From an uncultured virus (IMG/VR IMGVR_UViG_2917045514_000007) (Duplodnaviria > Heunggongvirae > Uroviricota > Caudoviricetes), in the IMG/VR virus record IMGVR_UViG_2917045514_000007, positions 1 to 64,000 of that record: DNA of 64,000 nt, one strand, 5' to 3'. This document shows positions 37,931-46,697 of this stretch, piece after piece. The notes under the pieces were generated by a model. The model worked only from the letters and a program-made list of their open reading frames with translations. It made no database searches and was not told the origin of the DNA. Position 1 is the stretch's first letter; the number at the start of each line of letters is the position of its first letter. The position numbers were made by a program, and so were the translations under genes.

Positions 37931-39214
37931 TCACAGTCGCCAGTCAGGCGCTTCCGCTTCCTCGTAGGTGCGTTCCATTTCGTTGGGCATGATTTCCACG
38001 GCCTGGCCGACGTAGCGGAACATGTCGGAGCCGTGGCTGTATTCGTCGTGCAGGGGAGCCATGGCCTCTCCGGTATGCTGGTGCAGGGCGCGGCGGTAGC
38101 GCTTCAGGCACTCCACCAGACGCCCGGTCTTGTCCTTGTCGAAGTAGCAGCGCGGGAACAGCATGCGCACGGCCTTGATGCCTTCCTCTATGCTGGTGGC
38201 GGCCAGGACGTGGACCTTGCGGCCCATCGCCTGTAGCTGTTCCTCGGTGCTCTTGCCGGTCTGGTAGTTGCGGGTACGACCGTCGTGCGGCAGGTAGTCG
38301 ATGCCCCAGCGATACGGGCGTTTCTCGATCTGCGCCACGTACCAATCCAGCGTGCGATGGCTGTCCTCGATGTAGTCGATGATTCGCACGTCCATCGGCC
38401 CGCGCTGGACAAAGCCGATGGTCATGGCGTCGTTCCAGCCCAAGTCCCATACCGTGTGGACGGGTAGCAGAGGGTCGTATGGCACCGGGCGAACGCGCCC
38501 GCTTTCCATCAGGTCCAGGATTTCATGGCGGTAGATGGCACCCTCGGCCACGGTGCGCGGCTTGCCTTCCCATATGTGCTCGTAGTCCTCCTGCGACATG
38601 GAGCGCTTGGCGCGCAGGCGCTCCTGGTTGAGGACATCAGGGAACCACGGGTTGTCGCGCCAGTTGATTTCGCAGAGCCACACGTCGTCATCCGGCGCGG
38701 CGCAGAACCGCACGTAGGTGTCGTCGGTGTCCATCGCCGGGTTGAGCGTCAGCCATATCTCCGATCCGTCCTTGCGGATGGTCGGGATCAGCACATCCCA
38801 GGACTTCTTGCACACGCCCTGGGCTTCTTCCACCCATACGATGTCCACGCCCTCAAAGGACTTGATGGAATCGACGGTGTGCCCTTGCAGTCCGGAGAAC
38901 AGGAACAGCGTGCCGTTGCGTCCACGAATCTCGGTGTCCAGCACCTCGTAGAACTCGGTCAGGCCGAGCTTGACGATGTAGTCGCGCAGCAGCCGGTGAA
39001 CCGAGTCGCGCATAGACTTCTGGATTTCCCGCGCGCAGAGGATGCGCAGGGGGTTGCGCGCGCCCATGTCGAGCAGCACCTGGGCCACGCCATGGGACTT
39101 ACCGCCGCCGCGCCCACCACGCATGACCTTGTACCGGCGCGCCTCGTACAGTGGCGCCAGTTTGAAGGGGAGCGTGATGTTCAGGTTGAGAGGCGCAGCG
39201 ACGAAGGTGGTCAC
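37931..39214 (-). CDS. terL: terminase large subunit (PBSX family)
   Basis: Walker A GGRGGGKS, Walker B WVEEA, coupling motif TLNP, nuclease WDLG...HD...SHGSD. Confidence 0.95.
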   Translation of the reverse strand: MTTFVAAPLNLNITLPFKLAPLYEARRYKVMRGGRGGGKSHGVAQVLLDMGARNPLRILCAREIQKSMRDSVHRLLRDYIVKLGLTEFYEVLDTEIRGRNGTLFLFSGLQGHTVDSIKSFEGVDIVWVEEAQGVCKKSWDVLIPTIRKDGSEIWLTLNPAMDTDDTYVRFCAAPDDDVWLCEINWRDNPWFPDVLNQERLRAKRSMSQEDYEHIWEGKPRTVAEGAIYRHEILDLMESGRVRPVPYDPLLPVHTVWDLGWNDAMTIGFVQRGPMDVRIIDYIEDSHRTLDWYVAQIEKRPYRWGIDYLPHDGRTRNYQTGKSTEEQLQAMGRKVHVLAATSIEEGIKAVRMLFPRCYFDKDKTGRLVECLKRYRRALHQHTGEAMAPLHDEYSHGSDMFRYVGQAVEIMPNEMERTYEEAEAPDWRL

Positions 39215-39777
39215 TCGTCGTCACCTCGTGGCTTGGGCTGCACGAAGGTGACTGTGCTCTTGACCTCTATGGCGCCACCATTCGCGCCAGTGTGCTCGTT
39301 GGTGATGCGGTCGCCATACTTCTTGGGCGCCATCTTCGACGCCAACCACTTTCGAGCATCTACGCGCAGCTTCGACCTGGAGATATGGTCGTAGTCGACA
39401 TGCGTGCGGCCTTCATCGTCCGTGTATGTGTCGTTCGAGCCGTCGTCAGCGATCTGCAGGATCTCCTCGGCGAGCGTGTCGGCCTGTGCCTCGCGCGCAC
39501 GCGCGTACTGCTCTCGCAAATCTGCATGCTGCTCGTCGGCCAGCCACCGGAGGAACGTGGACATCGCCGGCATACCCGGTAACTGGCATACCTTCCGCAG
39601 GCTCATGCCCTCGGCAAGCGCGGTACAGACAGCCAGGCCGACAGTGGGCGTATACCTGCTCGGGCGACCCGGTGGCCGTTTCGCTGCGGTCTTGGCTGGG
39701 GGACGTGCGGAAGCCCCAGTAGCGCGCTTCTTCGCTACCGGGGCCTTCTTCGGTTTGGTGCTGGGCTTCTGAGTCAT
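39211..39777 (-). CDS. terS: terminase small subunit
   Basis: GRPSRY, GMSLRKVC, YARAR and RKWLASKMAPKKYGD motifs (Sf6 gp1-like). Confidence 0.9.
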   Translation of the reverse strand: MTQKPSTKPKKAPVAKKRATGASARPPAKTAAKRPPGRPSRYTPTVGLAVCTALAEGMSLRKVCQLPGMPAMSTFLRWLADEQHADLREQYARAREAQADTLAEEILQIADDGSNDTYTDDEGRTHVDYDHISRSKLRVDARKWLASKMAPKKYGDRITNEHTGANGGAIEVKSTVTFVQPKPRGDDE

Positions 39778-39785
39778 GACCCGGA

Positions 39786-39826
39786 ATTGTCCGGGCCAGA
39801 GGGGATGGGTCGAACCTTACAGGGGG
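39786..39826 (-). promoter_or_regulatory. putative late promoter (packaging genes)
   Basis: CCCCCTGTAAGG (39815-39826), then 23 nt, then GACAAT, ending 8 nt before the terS ATG. Confidence 0.6.
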
Positions 39827-39929
39827 ATCATACAGGTTGGCGAAAACCCTAATCGTTCTGATAATTGTGACAGGCATCTCGTTTTTGCTACGGTCCCCAC
39901 CTGCTTATGCGAAGTAGATGGACGTTGGA

Positions 39930-40154
39930 ATGGACGAGATACTGAGGCGTCGATTACGGGCAGAACTGCTAGAGGTAGGTTTCCTCAATCAGTGCTGCCT
40001 GGACTTGATGGCAGCCATGGAGTCGGAGTTTCACCTCACTCAGGATCAGCACGAGTGCATTGAGCAACTGAGCCGATTCCTGCAGGAAGGAATCGGCAGG
40101 TTGACGGCTCTGTCTGAGCGAGTGGCCGCTGGTGATATCGTCGCCCTATGCTGA
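39930..40154 (+). CDS. small hypothetical protein, opposite orientation to its flanks
   Basis: Helical ORF filling the intergenic gap; start could be 39918 or 39930. Confidence 0.6.
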   Translation: MDEILRRRLRAELLEVGFLNQCCLDLMAAMESEFHLTQDQHECIEQLSRFLQEGIGRLTALSERVAAGDIVALC

Positions 40155-40156
40155 GT

Positions 40157-40651
40157 CTATTGCACAGCAGCGACATCACTCATGGCTAAGGCGAGTTGCC
40201 CGCCATCGGTCCTGTCTGCGCGCAATGCTGCCACTTCTCTTTCCAGCTTCCGTATCTTGATCGCCAGCTCTGCGGCCAGTATCTGGTTCGAATGCCCGAT
40301 ATCGATCGCTGCGAACTGCTGAGCCGCACCCGCCAGAAGTTCACCGAGCATCCGCTTCTCCGCTGGCGTAAGCGTAATGACGTGATCATCGCTGATCTCG
40401 ACCTTCGCCCAGCCACCTGGTATCTGCGTGATAGTGATCGGCCTGGGCGGATCGAACTGCGGTGCCGGTACGAACACTCCGCGCTCGACGCGCAGCACCA
40501 GCAAGTCGTCCACCAGGACGGACAGGCGGTCATCGACAACGCCGGGCTTCAACCCCGTGAGTTCGACCAGGGTCTGGCGAGTGACGATCTGCTGCTGGCT
40601 GTGCAGTTCCCGAACTGCGTCGAGTACAACCTGGGTCGAAGATTTCTTCAT
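40157..40651 (-). CDS. winged-helix DNA-binding protein, candidate late activator
   Basis: VTRQTLVELTGLKPGVVDDRLSVLVDD..VLRVERGVF wHTH pattern; last gene before the late region. Confidence 0.65.
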   Translation of the reverse strand: MKKSSTQVVLDAVRELHSQQQIVTRQTLVELTGLKPGVVDDRLSVLVDDLLVLRVERGVFVPAPQFDPPRPITITQIPGGWAKVEISDDHVITLTPAEKRMLGELLAGAAQQFAAIDIGHSNQILAAELAIKIRKLEREVAALRADRTDGGQLALAMSDVAAVQ

Positions 40652-40737
40652 CTGCTCTCCCCTTCAGCGATGAGCCCGTGTTGACGCAGAATGCGCCACT
40701 GCTCCTGCAGCCACTCCTTGAACCGAGGGTCAGCCAT
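40648..40737 (-). CDS. 29-aa coupled mini-ORF (MADPRFKEWLQEQW...)
   Basis: GGAG RBS; overlaps the ninG end and has an ATGA overlap with the next gene. Confidence 0.45.
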   Translation of the reverse strand: MADPRFKEWLQEQWRILRQHGLIAEGESR

Positions 40738-41347
40738 GCCCTACTCCCCTCCCCATCTTGCGCTTCAGCTCCCGAGACAGCGCTCGATACTTGGCCTTGA
40801 TCTCCTTCAGTTCATCGATAGGAAACCGCCGGGGCTCGTGCGGCCCCTCTAGCCATTCGACTTTCTCGGCGCCGATGCGCTGGACCAAGCGAATGCGGTA
40901 CTCCACCGCGTTGCCGGACATGTCCCTGTTGCAGCGCACGCACTGCCGATGCACGTTCAGCGGCTCGAAGCGCAGAGCCTGACAAGCACCGACGGAGCGG
41001 TAATGCCCTGCATCCCAGCGACTGCCGGTGATCAGCCCTGTGTCACAGGCCGTGGAATCGCAGCTGATACATGGCTTGTCGGCGTCGCGTAGGCGAATCC
41101 ACTCGTTGAAAGCGGCCTGCGCCTCACGCATATGGTCCGAACGGGTCTTGAAGCGTTCCTTGGCCGCACGGATCTCGCGGCGCTCTATCTTCGCCAGAGA
41201 CTTCCGCTCTCTCTCTCGCTTGGCAGCCGCCAACGCCAATCCGCACTTCGGACTGCACACTGACTGTAGTGATCGCTCTGGAGTGAATACCTCCCGGCAC
41301 GCCTTGCACGTCTTCTTGCGAGGCTTCTTCGCGGCGACCAGCATCAC
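40730..41347 (-). CDS. ninG: NinG/Rap-family endonuclease
   Basis: CxxC zinc motifs; FNEWIRLRD..PCISC, DAGHYRS and NVHRQCVRCN. Confidence 0.9.
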   Translation of the reverse strand: MMLVAAKKPRKKTCKACREVFTPERSLQSVCSPKCGLALAAAKRERERKSLAKIERREIRAAKERFKTRSDHMREAQAAFNEWIRLRDADKPCISCDSTACDTGLITGSRWDAGHYRSVGACQALRFEPLNVHRQCVRCNRDMSGNAVEYRIRLVQRIGAEKVEWLEGPHEPRRFPIDELKEIKAKYRALSRELKRKMGRGVGHG

Positions 41348-41895
41348 ACCATCTCCTCGGGCATCATGTTGATCATGTCGCCGATCTGCTCTTCGCTCAT
41401 GCCCGTCCAGTAGTGCTCGATCAGGTGCTGGCAGATGCCTCGCCAGAACTCAAGGAACCGCTCCTCGGGCATTTCGTCGAACGCCAACGACTCCGGCACC
41501 AGGCGCGACACGCGCCCCAGCCCGCCCAGGTCGAAATACTCCGAGCTACAGCAAACCCCTGCGTCTCCCTGTAGCTTCTTGATCACCGAGTGCGCATCCA
41601 TCCCCTGGAACCCATCCACATTGCGCGCGACCAGTTGGCCCAACCTGTGAACCAGGCGGTGCTTACGAACGTCCCGCGGTTGCTTCAACTCTGCGCGCAC
41701 CTTTGCGCCGGCTCTATACCCGCGCTCCTTGAGCAGAAACTTGTCGATGCCGCTGTCGGCGACCAGGGCCAGGCGAACCTCGCCGGTGTCCGGGTCGACC
41801 ATGCGCTTGAACTCCAGGTAGATCGGCCGCCCGGCGCGCTTCCTCTTCGCCGCCGCGCTCTTGGCCGGCGCCTGGGTTGATAGTGCTTCAGCCAT
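41344..41895 (-). CDS. hypothetical protein (Nin region)
   Basis: Start MAEALS with an AGGAGG RBS; PESLAFDEM motif. Confidence 0.7.
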   Translation of the reverse strand: MAEALSTQAPAKSAAAKRKRAGRPIYLEFKRMVDPDTGEVRLALVADSGIDKFLLKERGYRAGAKVRAELKQPRDVRKHRLVHRLGQLVARNVDGFQGMDAHSVIKKLQGDAGVCCSSEYFDLGGLGRVSRLVPESLAFDEMPEERFLEFWRGICQHLIEHYWTGMSEEQIGDMINMMPEEMV

Positions 41896-42745
41896 GTTGA
41901 ACCTCCTGGCTCTGTAGCTGATCGATGGTTTGAAGAACCGCGGCGCGCCGACGGTCCATGTCTTCGCGCTCGTGGCGCAGGTGGCGATCACGCAGTCGGA
42001 CCTTCGCCTTTTCCCTGCGGACCAAGCGCTTCTTGATGTCTTCAAGCCGCCGGCGAAAGTCGTCTGGCACATCCCCCCCACCAGCAGCCTCCCTCGCAAG
42101 GGCTTTGCGGGTCAGTGGGTCATTCGTCAGTGCCAGTAGCCGGTCGGAGGGTCCAGTCAGAAGCCCGGCGATTGCGCTGCCGGCCGGCGTAACTGGCTCG
42201 AGTACGTGCTGTTCGAGCAGCAACTGCGCTGCCGGCGCCGGCAGACGCCCCAGGCGTTCCGCTTCCTCGATCGCAGCAGCTCGGCGGCCCGCATCGCTGC
42301 CCAACGACAGCGACCACCTGGCGGGCAGCGCCTGCTGCCTGGCACGAGTGAGCAGGCGCTCGTAGGCGGCAATGAACGCCATGCGCGCGCCCACCCGGTC
42401 ACCACGCCCCTTCATGAGCGGTGCGGCTACCACAGCCGCCTGCTGGATTTCCGGCGTCATAAGCACCGTTTCAGCCTCGTCGAAGCTCTGTAGGGCGATC
42501 GCCCAGGCCTCGTTCGGCTCGGGCCGACCGTCGGCGGACTCGACATGCCGGAGTACAGCGGCAACCGTGAATCGTCCGCCCTCCCGGCGAACGGCCTGCA
42601 ATGCGGCGGTCAGCACTGGCTCTTCGTAGGCAGCCAGGTCTTGAACCATGAGTTGGGCAGCGGCCGGCGTGAGTTGCTGACCCATTGCCTCGGCGGTGCC
42701 GAAAAGGGAAAGCAGCAGTTCGTCTTGTTGCTCAGGCGTCAGCAT
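41888..42745 (-). CDS. replication-associated protein (helicase-loader/P-like position)
   Basis: Coupled downstream of the initiator; DGRPEPNEAW...ARMAFIAAYERL motifs. Confidence 0.6.
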   Translation of the reverse strand: MLTPEQQDELLLSLFGTAEAMGQQLTPAAAQLMVQDLAAYEEPVLTAALQAVRREGGRFTVAAVLRHVESADGRPEPNEAWAIALQSFDEAETVLMTPEIQQAAVVAAPLMKGRGDRVGARMAFIAAYERLLTRARQQALPARWSLSLGSDAGRRAAAIEEAERLGRLPAPAAQLLLEQHVLEPVTPAGSAIAGLLTGPSDRLLALTNDPLTRKALAREAAGGGDVPDDFRRRLEDIKKRLVRREKAKVRLRDRHLRHEREDMDRRRAAVLQTIDQLQSQEVQHG

Positions 42746-43748
42746 GGGCAGCCCTCCTCGCTCTCTGCTCGGCCAGGGCCTGCTCAGCGGCGGACAAGTT
42801 CGATGCGGTGTTCTCCTGCTGGCGTGCCTGCGCTCCGGTGGTCGGGCGATTGGTCAACCACATCGTGTGGTAGCCCTCAGCGTTCGCCAGCAACAGGCCG
42901 AGGGGATGGTGCTGAGCAATCAGTCGAGCATCGTGGATGCACTTGACGTAGAACGCGGCGACCTTTGGCGCGTCGGCCTGGCCCACACGATCGATCAGCT
43001 TCGAAAGCTTGCCGGCAACCGATGCGTTCCAAACCGGCCAAGCGGTGTATCGAGTGCGATAGGCCATGGCGTAGTTGGCCCATGTGCGGTACGCCTTGCA
43101 GTTCGGGTCTTTCGGGCCTGGCATGTCGGCCGGTATCTGGCAGCGCGGCCCGGGCTCTTGCTCGGCGCCGACGAATTCCCCGCCCGGGGCCGGCGCAGCC
43201 TCCCCGGCAATATCCTGATTGGTACCCTGATTACTGGTTACCTGATTACTGGTTACCTGATTTGTCGGAGATTTTTCCGACCCTGAACGGATTTTTTTCC
43301 GACCTACCCCGGATTTTTTTCCGATCTTGGTCGGAGATTTTTCCGACCTGCCTGCATCGGATTTTTCTCCGACCTCGGAAGAATTTCCGACCTCGGATTT
43401 TTCTCCGACCTGGGTCGGATATTTTTCCGACCCGTCCAGTTTCCGATTCCACTCCTGCCCCTTCGCAGTGAGCCGCACGAGTGTGATGGTTGCTGTGCTC
43501 GACAGATCGATCACACCGGCCGCAGCGATCTGCTTCAGCAAGCGGTACGCCGTGTCCGGCTTGTCCGTCAGCAGCGGCAACTCCTCGAGGATCTTCGCTT
43601 TGCTCAGGGCGTAGAAATCACCTGCGGGCGTCTGAACCAGGCGCGCCCAACTCGGGCACTCGTAGACGAAGGCGAACAGCAGCGCCTGCTGCGAGTTCAG
43701 CCCCCACTCGAGCGCTTTCGCTTGATTGATCGTCACGGTGAACTGCAT
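42732..43748 (-). CDS. phage replication initiator (O-like)
   Basis: Start MQFTVTINQ; N-terminal wHTH-like region; internal iteron-rich segment; follows cro. Confidence 0.75.
   Translation of the reverse strand: MQFTVTINQAKALEWGLNSQQALLFAFVYECPSWARLVQTPAGDFYALSKAKILEELPLLTDKPDTAYRLLKQIAAAGVIDLSSTATITLVRLTAKGQEWNRKLDGSEKYPTQVGEKSEVGNSSEVGEKSDAGRSEKSPTKIGKKSGVGRKKIRSGSEKSPTNQVTSNQVTSNQGTNQDIAGEAAPAPGGEFVGAEQEPGPRCQIPADMPGPKDPNCKAYRTWANYAMAYRTRYTAWPVWNASVAGKLSKLIDRVGQADAPKVAAFYVKCIHDARLIAQHHPLGLLLANAEGYHTMWLTNRPTTGAQARQQENTASNLSAAEQALAEQRARRAAHADA
43215..43433. repeat. iteron array, probable replication origin
   Basis: About eight copies of TT(T/C)TCCGA(C/T)C, plus a tandem 15-mer CCTGATTACTGGTTA (43226-43255), inside the initiator gene. 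Confidence 0.75.
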
Positions 43749-43749
43749 G

Positions 43750-43950
43750 TCACGAAGCCATGCGCACCTTTTGGGCCGGGAAGGCGCGCACCTCCTCAGC
43801 AGAGTACGAACCATCTTCGCAGCGGTAGACATTGATCTTCCTCCCCGCTCGAAGCGCCTTACTGATGGCCCCCTGGGTCACGCCGAGCAGCTCCGCTGCC
43901 TTCGCCTGCCCCTGCTCGGCCACAAATTCGTTAATGGGAATGATCTGCAT
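43750..43950 (-). CDS. cro: Cro repressor
   Basis: GQAKAAELLGVTQGAISKAL HTH and EEVRAFP, lambda Cro-like; divergent from cI. Confidence 0.92.
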   Translation of the reverse strand: MQIIPINEFVAEQGQAKAAELLGVTQGAISKALRAGRKINVYRCEDGSYSAEEVRAFPAQKVRMAS

Positions 43951-43978
43951 ATGCCCTCCTACGCGGTCATTCCGAATT

Positions 43979-44040
43979 ATTACTTGCGGTCTTTAATTTT
44001 ACAAGACCGGCGATCTTAGAGAAATATGAACACTGGTAAT
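43979..44040. promoter_or_regulatory. OR-like operator triplet
   Basis: 15-bp imperfect palindromes ATTACTTGCGGTCTT (43979), AAGACCGGCGATCTT (44003) and ATGAACACTGGTAAT (44026). Confidence 0.7.
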
Positions 44041-44051
44041 ATCATGAGTGG

Positions 44052-44855
44052 ATGAACATGAAATCGAAGAAGCGGCCGCTCACGGCCGAAGAAAAGCAGG
44101 AGTGCCAAGCTCTCAATGCCATTTACAAGGCGAAGAAAAGAGAACTCGGCATCACTCAAGAGAAGATCGCCCTCGAGGGGCTTGGCGCCACCACCCAGAG
44201 TGCGGCAAGTCATTACCTCACTGGGAAGAACGCGCTGAACGCAGAGGCAGCAGCGGTTTTCGCTCGCTATCTTGAGATTCAGGTCAGGGACTTCAGCCCG
44301 CGCCTGGCCGAGGAGATAGAGCGCATGGCAACGACGGTACGCCCCAAGCCGGTTGCAAATACCAGGGGCGACCTCGAACCGATCCCCGTCTGGGATGACG
44401 GCGATCCACTGGATACCGATGAAGTCGAGATTCCCTATTTCAACGAAATTCAGATCGCAGCGGGGGATGGTCGCTTGCCTGATCTGGAGCAGGCGAAGCG
44501 CAAAATTCGGTTCCCTCGCACAGTCCTCCGGGAGTCGGGAGTAGACCCCAAGAACTCGGTCTGCGTGAACGTTACAGGGAATTCTATGGAACCGCTGATC
44601 GCAGACGGCGCGATCATCGGAGTCGATCTATCAGTCAGCACAATCACTGACGGCGAGATCTATGCCCTGAAGCATGACGATATGCTGCGAGTGAAGTTCG
44701 TCTATCGCCTACCCGGCGGTGGCATCCGCCTGCGCAGCTTTAACCGTGACGAATATCCAGACGAGGAGTACACCAGGGACCAAATGCGTGAGAGTAACCT
44801 CAGCATCATCGGCTGGGTCTTCTGGTGGTCCGTCATGAGACGTAGAAAACACTGA
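44052..44855 (+). CDS. cI: CI repressor (HTH + S24 autopeptidase)
   Basis: Lambda CI-like N-terminus (KKRPLT...LGITQEKIA), AG cleavage site (AAGDG), GNSM serine and RVK lysine. Confidence 0.93.
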   Translation: MNMKSKKRPLTAEEKQECQALNAIYKAKKRELGITQEKIALEGLGATTQSAASHYLTGKNALNAEAAAVFARYLEIQVRDFSPRLAEEIERMATTVRPKPVANTRGDLEPIPVWDDGDPLDTDEVEIPYFNEIQIAAGDGRLPDLEQAKRKIRFPRTVLRESGVDPKNSVCVNVTGNSMEPLIADGAIIGVDLSVSTITDGEIYALKHDDMLRVKFVYRLPGGGIRLRSFNRDEYPDEEYTRDQMRESNLSIIGWVFWWSVMRRRKH

Positions 44856-44891
44856 GTCCGCTCCCTCCCGCCTGGCCAGCCCCGTCCGGGG

Positions 44892-45158
44892 CTACCAGGC
44901 CTGCTCGCCCCTCTCCTGCTCCTCCCACCTCAACGTGACGCTGCCGTCATCGTTGAAAGTCAGATCAATGCCGTCCGTCTCGGCCAACACTTCCATAATC
45001 CCTTCCCAGGCCTCGTCTGCATCCGTGTCCAGACGGTGAATAGTTACTGTCCGAAGCTCTTGGGCCTTCGGCGAGTTGATCATCTGGGTCACCCGCAACC
45101 CTAGCTTCTCACCCGCGGTGAGAACCTGGGCTTCCTGCTTTTTCTTTTGCTTGGCCAT
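44892..45158 (-). CDS. DUF1654-like protein, SOS-box-preceded
   Basis: Start MAKQKKK with a GGAGG RBS; EKLGLRVTQMINSPKAQ motif. Confidence 0.75.
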   Translation of the reverse strand: MAKQKKKQEAQVLTAGEKLGLRVTQMINSPKAQELRTVTIHRLDTDADEAWEGIMEVLAETDGIDLTFNDDGSVTLRWEEQERGEQAW

Positions 45159-45173
45159 AAGCACCTCCACAAG

Positions 45174-45214
45174 CTGTATATCCATACAGTATTACCAGGG
45201 CCCCTACTTTTCAA
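45174..45214 (-). promoter_or_regulatory. LexA box with overlapping sigma70 promoter
   Basis: CTGTATATCCATACAG (45174-45189); minus-strand TTGAAA-17-TACTGT with the -10 overlapping the box. Confidence 0.85.
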
Positions 45215-45235
45215 GAGCGCTATTTTGATTTTTTT

Positions 45236-45277
45236 AATACCGCAGGTCTTGACCAATAATATGACCGCTGATAATTT
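45236..45277 (+). promoter_or_regulatory. PL-like early promoter with OL operators
   Basis: TTGACC-17-TAATTT overlapped by AATACCGCAGGTCTT (45236) and ATGACCGCTGATAAT (45261), which resemble the OR sites. Confidence 0.75.
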
Positions 45278-45567
45278 TCACGCCATCGGCACAGAAACTC
45301 GTGACGACAGAACAGGCCACAGCGAGCCAAGGCCTTGCCGACAGGCAGAACGGGATTCAGGGGACGCCTCGCCCCGGGTGTGCAGCTTCGAGCACCGCAA
45401 GCGAGAGTCGGCAGCAAAGCGTGGCCGGCTGTCGGGATCTCAGGTCCCCCGAGAAAGCATTCGCCCAGCCGGAGGTGGCGCGTAACGCCGGCCAGCAACA
45501 CCGATTTCTCAGATGCCCTTCGCAAGAGGGGCATCGAAGAAGTCAACACGCCCTGGAGGGCAAGACG

Positions 45568-45774
45568 ATGAATGAAAAGGCCTTACTGGCTTTACGTCAG
45601 TCTCTTCGAATCATTCGCAGGGAGAGCGATGTACACCGAGCGCGCATCGAGTACTACGAAACGGTCGGGATGTTGCGCGGATTGCACTACGGCGGAGCGA
45701 TCGATTCCTGGCAGCTATTAGCTCTAACCGAGCTAGCAGGAAGCGCATACATCAACGCCGGTAAACCCTGGTAA
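45568..45774 (+). CDS. early hypothetical protein (68 aa)
   Basis: GGAGG RBS; MNEKALL start. Confidence 0.7.
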   Translation: MNEKALLALRQSLRIIRRESDVHRARIEYYETVGMLRGLHYGGAIDSWQLLALTELAGSAYINAGKPW

Positions 45775-45784
45775 GGAGACTGAA

Positions 45785-45991
45785 ATGGCTCAATTCAACA
45801 TCGATTCCCACCTGAGTGACGGAAAGAGCCTGCAATGGCTTGCTCTGCCGGACGCTGGTGAACAGCCTCTGGACGTTGAGGTGAAGGTTCGCCAGGCGGC
45901 CATGAAGAAGTTCGGACAGTCCGTCTTCTTCAATTGTTGGGAGCACGTAGTTGCCAGCAACGGCTACATCACCGTGCGGATGCATGCGTGA
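45785..45991 (+). CDS. early hypothetical protein (68 aa)
   Basis: AAGGAG RBS. Confidence 0.7.
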   Translation: MAQFNIDSHLSDGKSLQWLALPDAGEQPLDVEVKVRQAAMKKFGQSVFFNCWEHVVASNGYITVRMHA

Positions 45992-46008
45992 TGTAAGGAG
46001 TCGACCCG

Positions 46009-46233
46009 ATGACAATCATTCACGAATGCGACCGGTGCAACGCGCCCGGTCGCGTGATCGAGACGTCCGACGGATTCCGCTGCGATGGTTGCTACGAGGA
46101 GGCGCAGGAGCAGGTGCGCAGCGATGCGAGCTGCCCCGAGTGTGGGCGCCTGGGGGTGACGGCTACCGGAATTTGTTACGCCTGTGAGAACACTGCCCCG
46201 GTTCGCCGGGGCATCACCGAGGAAAGGACATGA
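46009..46233 (+). CDS. small Cys-rich zinc-finger protein
   Basis: Four CxxC motifs; AAGGAG RBS. Confidence 0.7.
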   Translation: MTIIHECDRCNAPGRVIETSDGFRCDGCYEEAQEQVRSDASCPECGRLGVTATGICYACENTAPVRRGITEERT

Positions 46234-46450
46234 GCAACTACGCGCTGAACATCTACAACGCTTGGGTTGGCGAAATGGACAAGCTGAGCCGCAGCGGCCG
46301 CCAGACAAGAGCCAAGTATCTGAAGGTTCGCAAGCTGGCGATTCTCTTTATTCGAGCTGGCAGCGTGCGTGCGGCCTTCCCGCTTTAACCCGCAGCCCTG
46401 CCCGTAGCAGGGCATCACCAGCCCCACCGAACTCTATCCGGAGACACACG

Positions 46451-46663
46451 ATGAAGCGAAACGCCAACCCGGCGGCGACCGTTGCTGCCTGGAATTCCGC
46501 ATACCCCGCCGGCACCGAGGTCAACTATCGGTTTCATCGCCACGCCACGCCGAAGCGCACCCGGACGACAACCGAAGCCCAGGTCCTCGGCGGCCACACC
46601 GCTGTCGTCTGGCTCGCGGGCGTGTCTGGTTGCGTTGCCCTTTCCCACTGCGAGCCGGCTTGA
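46451..46663 (+). CDS. 70-aa protein paralogous to the C-terminal domain of the CsrA fusion
   Basis: GGAG RBS; shared WN..(Y/H)P...V.YR......RTRT...A.V....AV.WL.G pattern. Confidence 0.75.
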   Translation: MKRNANPAATVAAWNSAYPAGTEVNYRFHRHATPKRTRTTTEAQVLGGHTAVVWLAGVSGCVALSHCEPA

Positions 46664-46697
46664 GCCCGCGCGCCCAGCATCCTGAACGGAGGCACAC

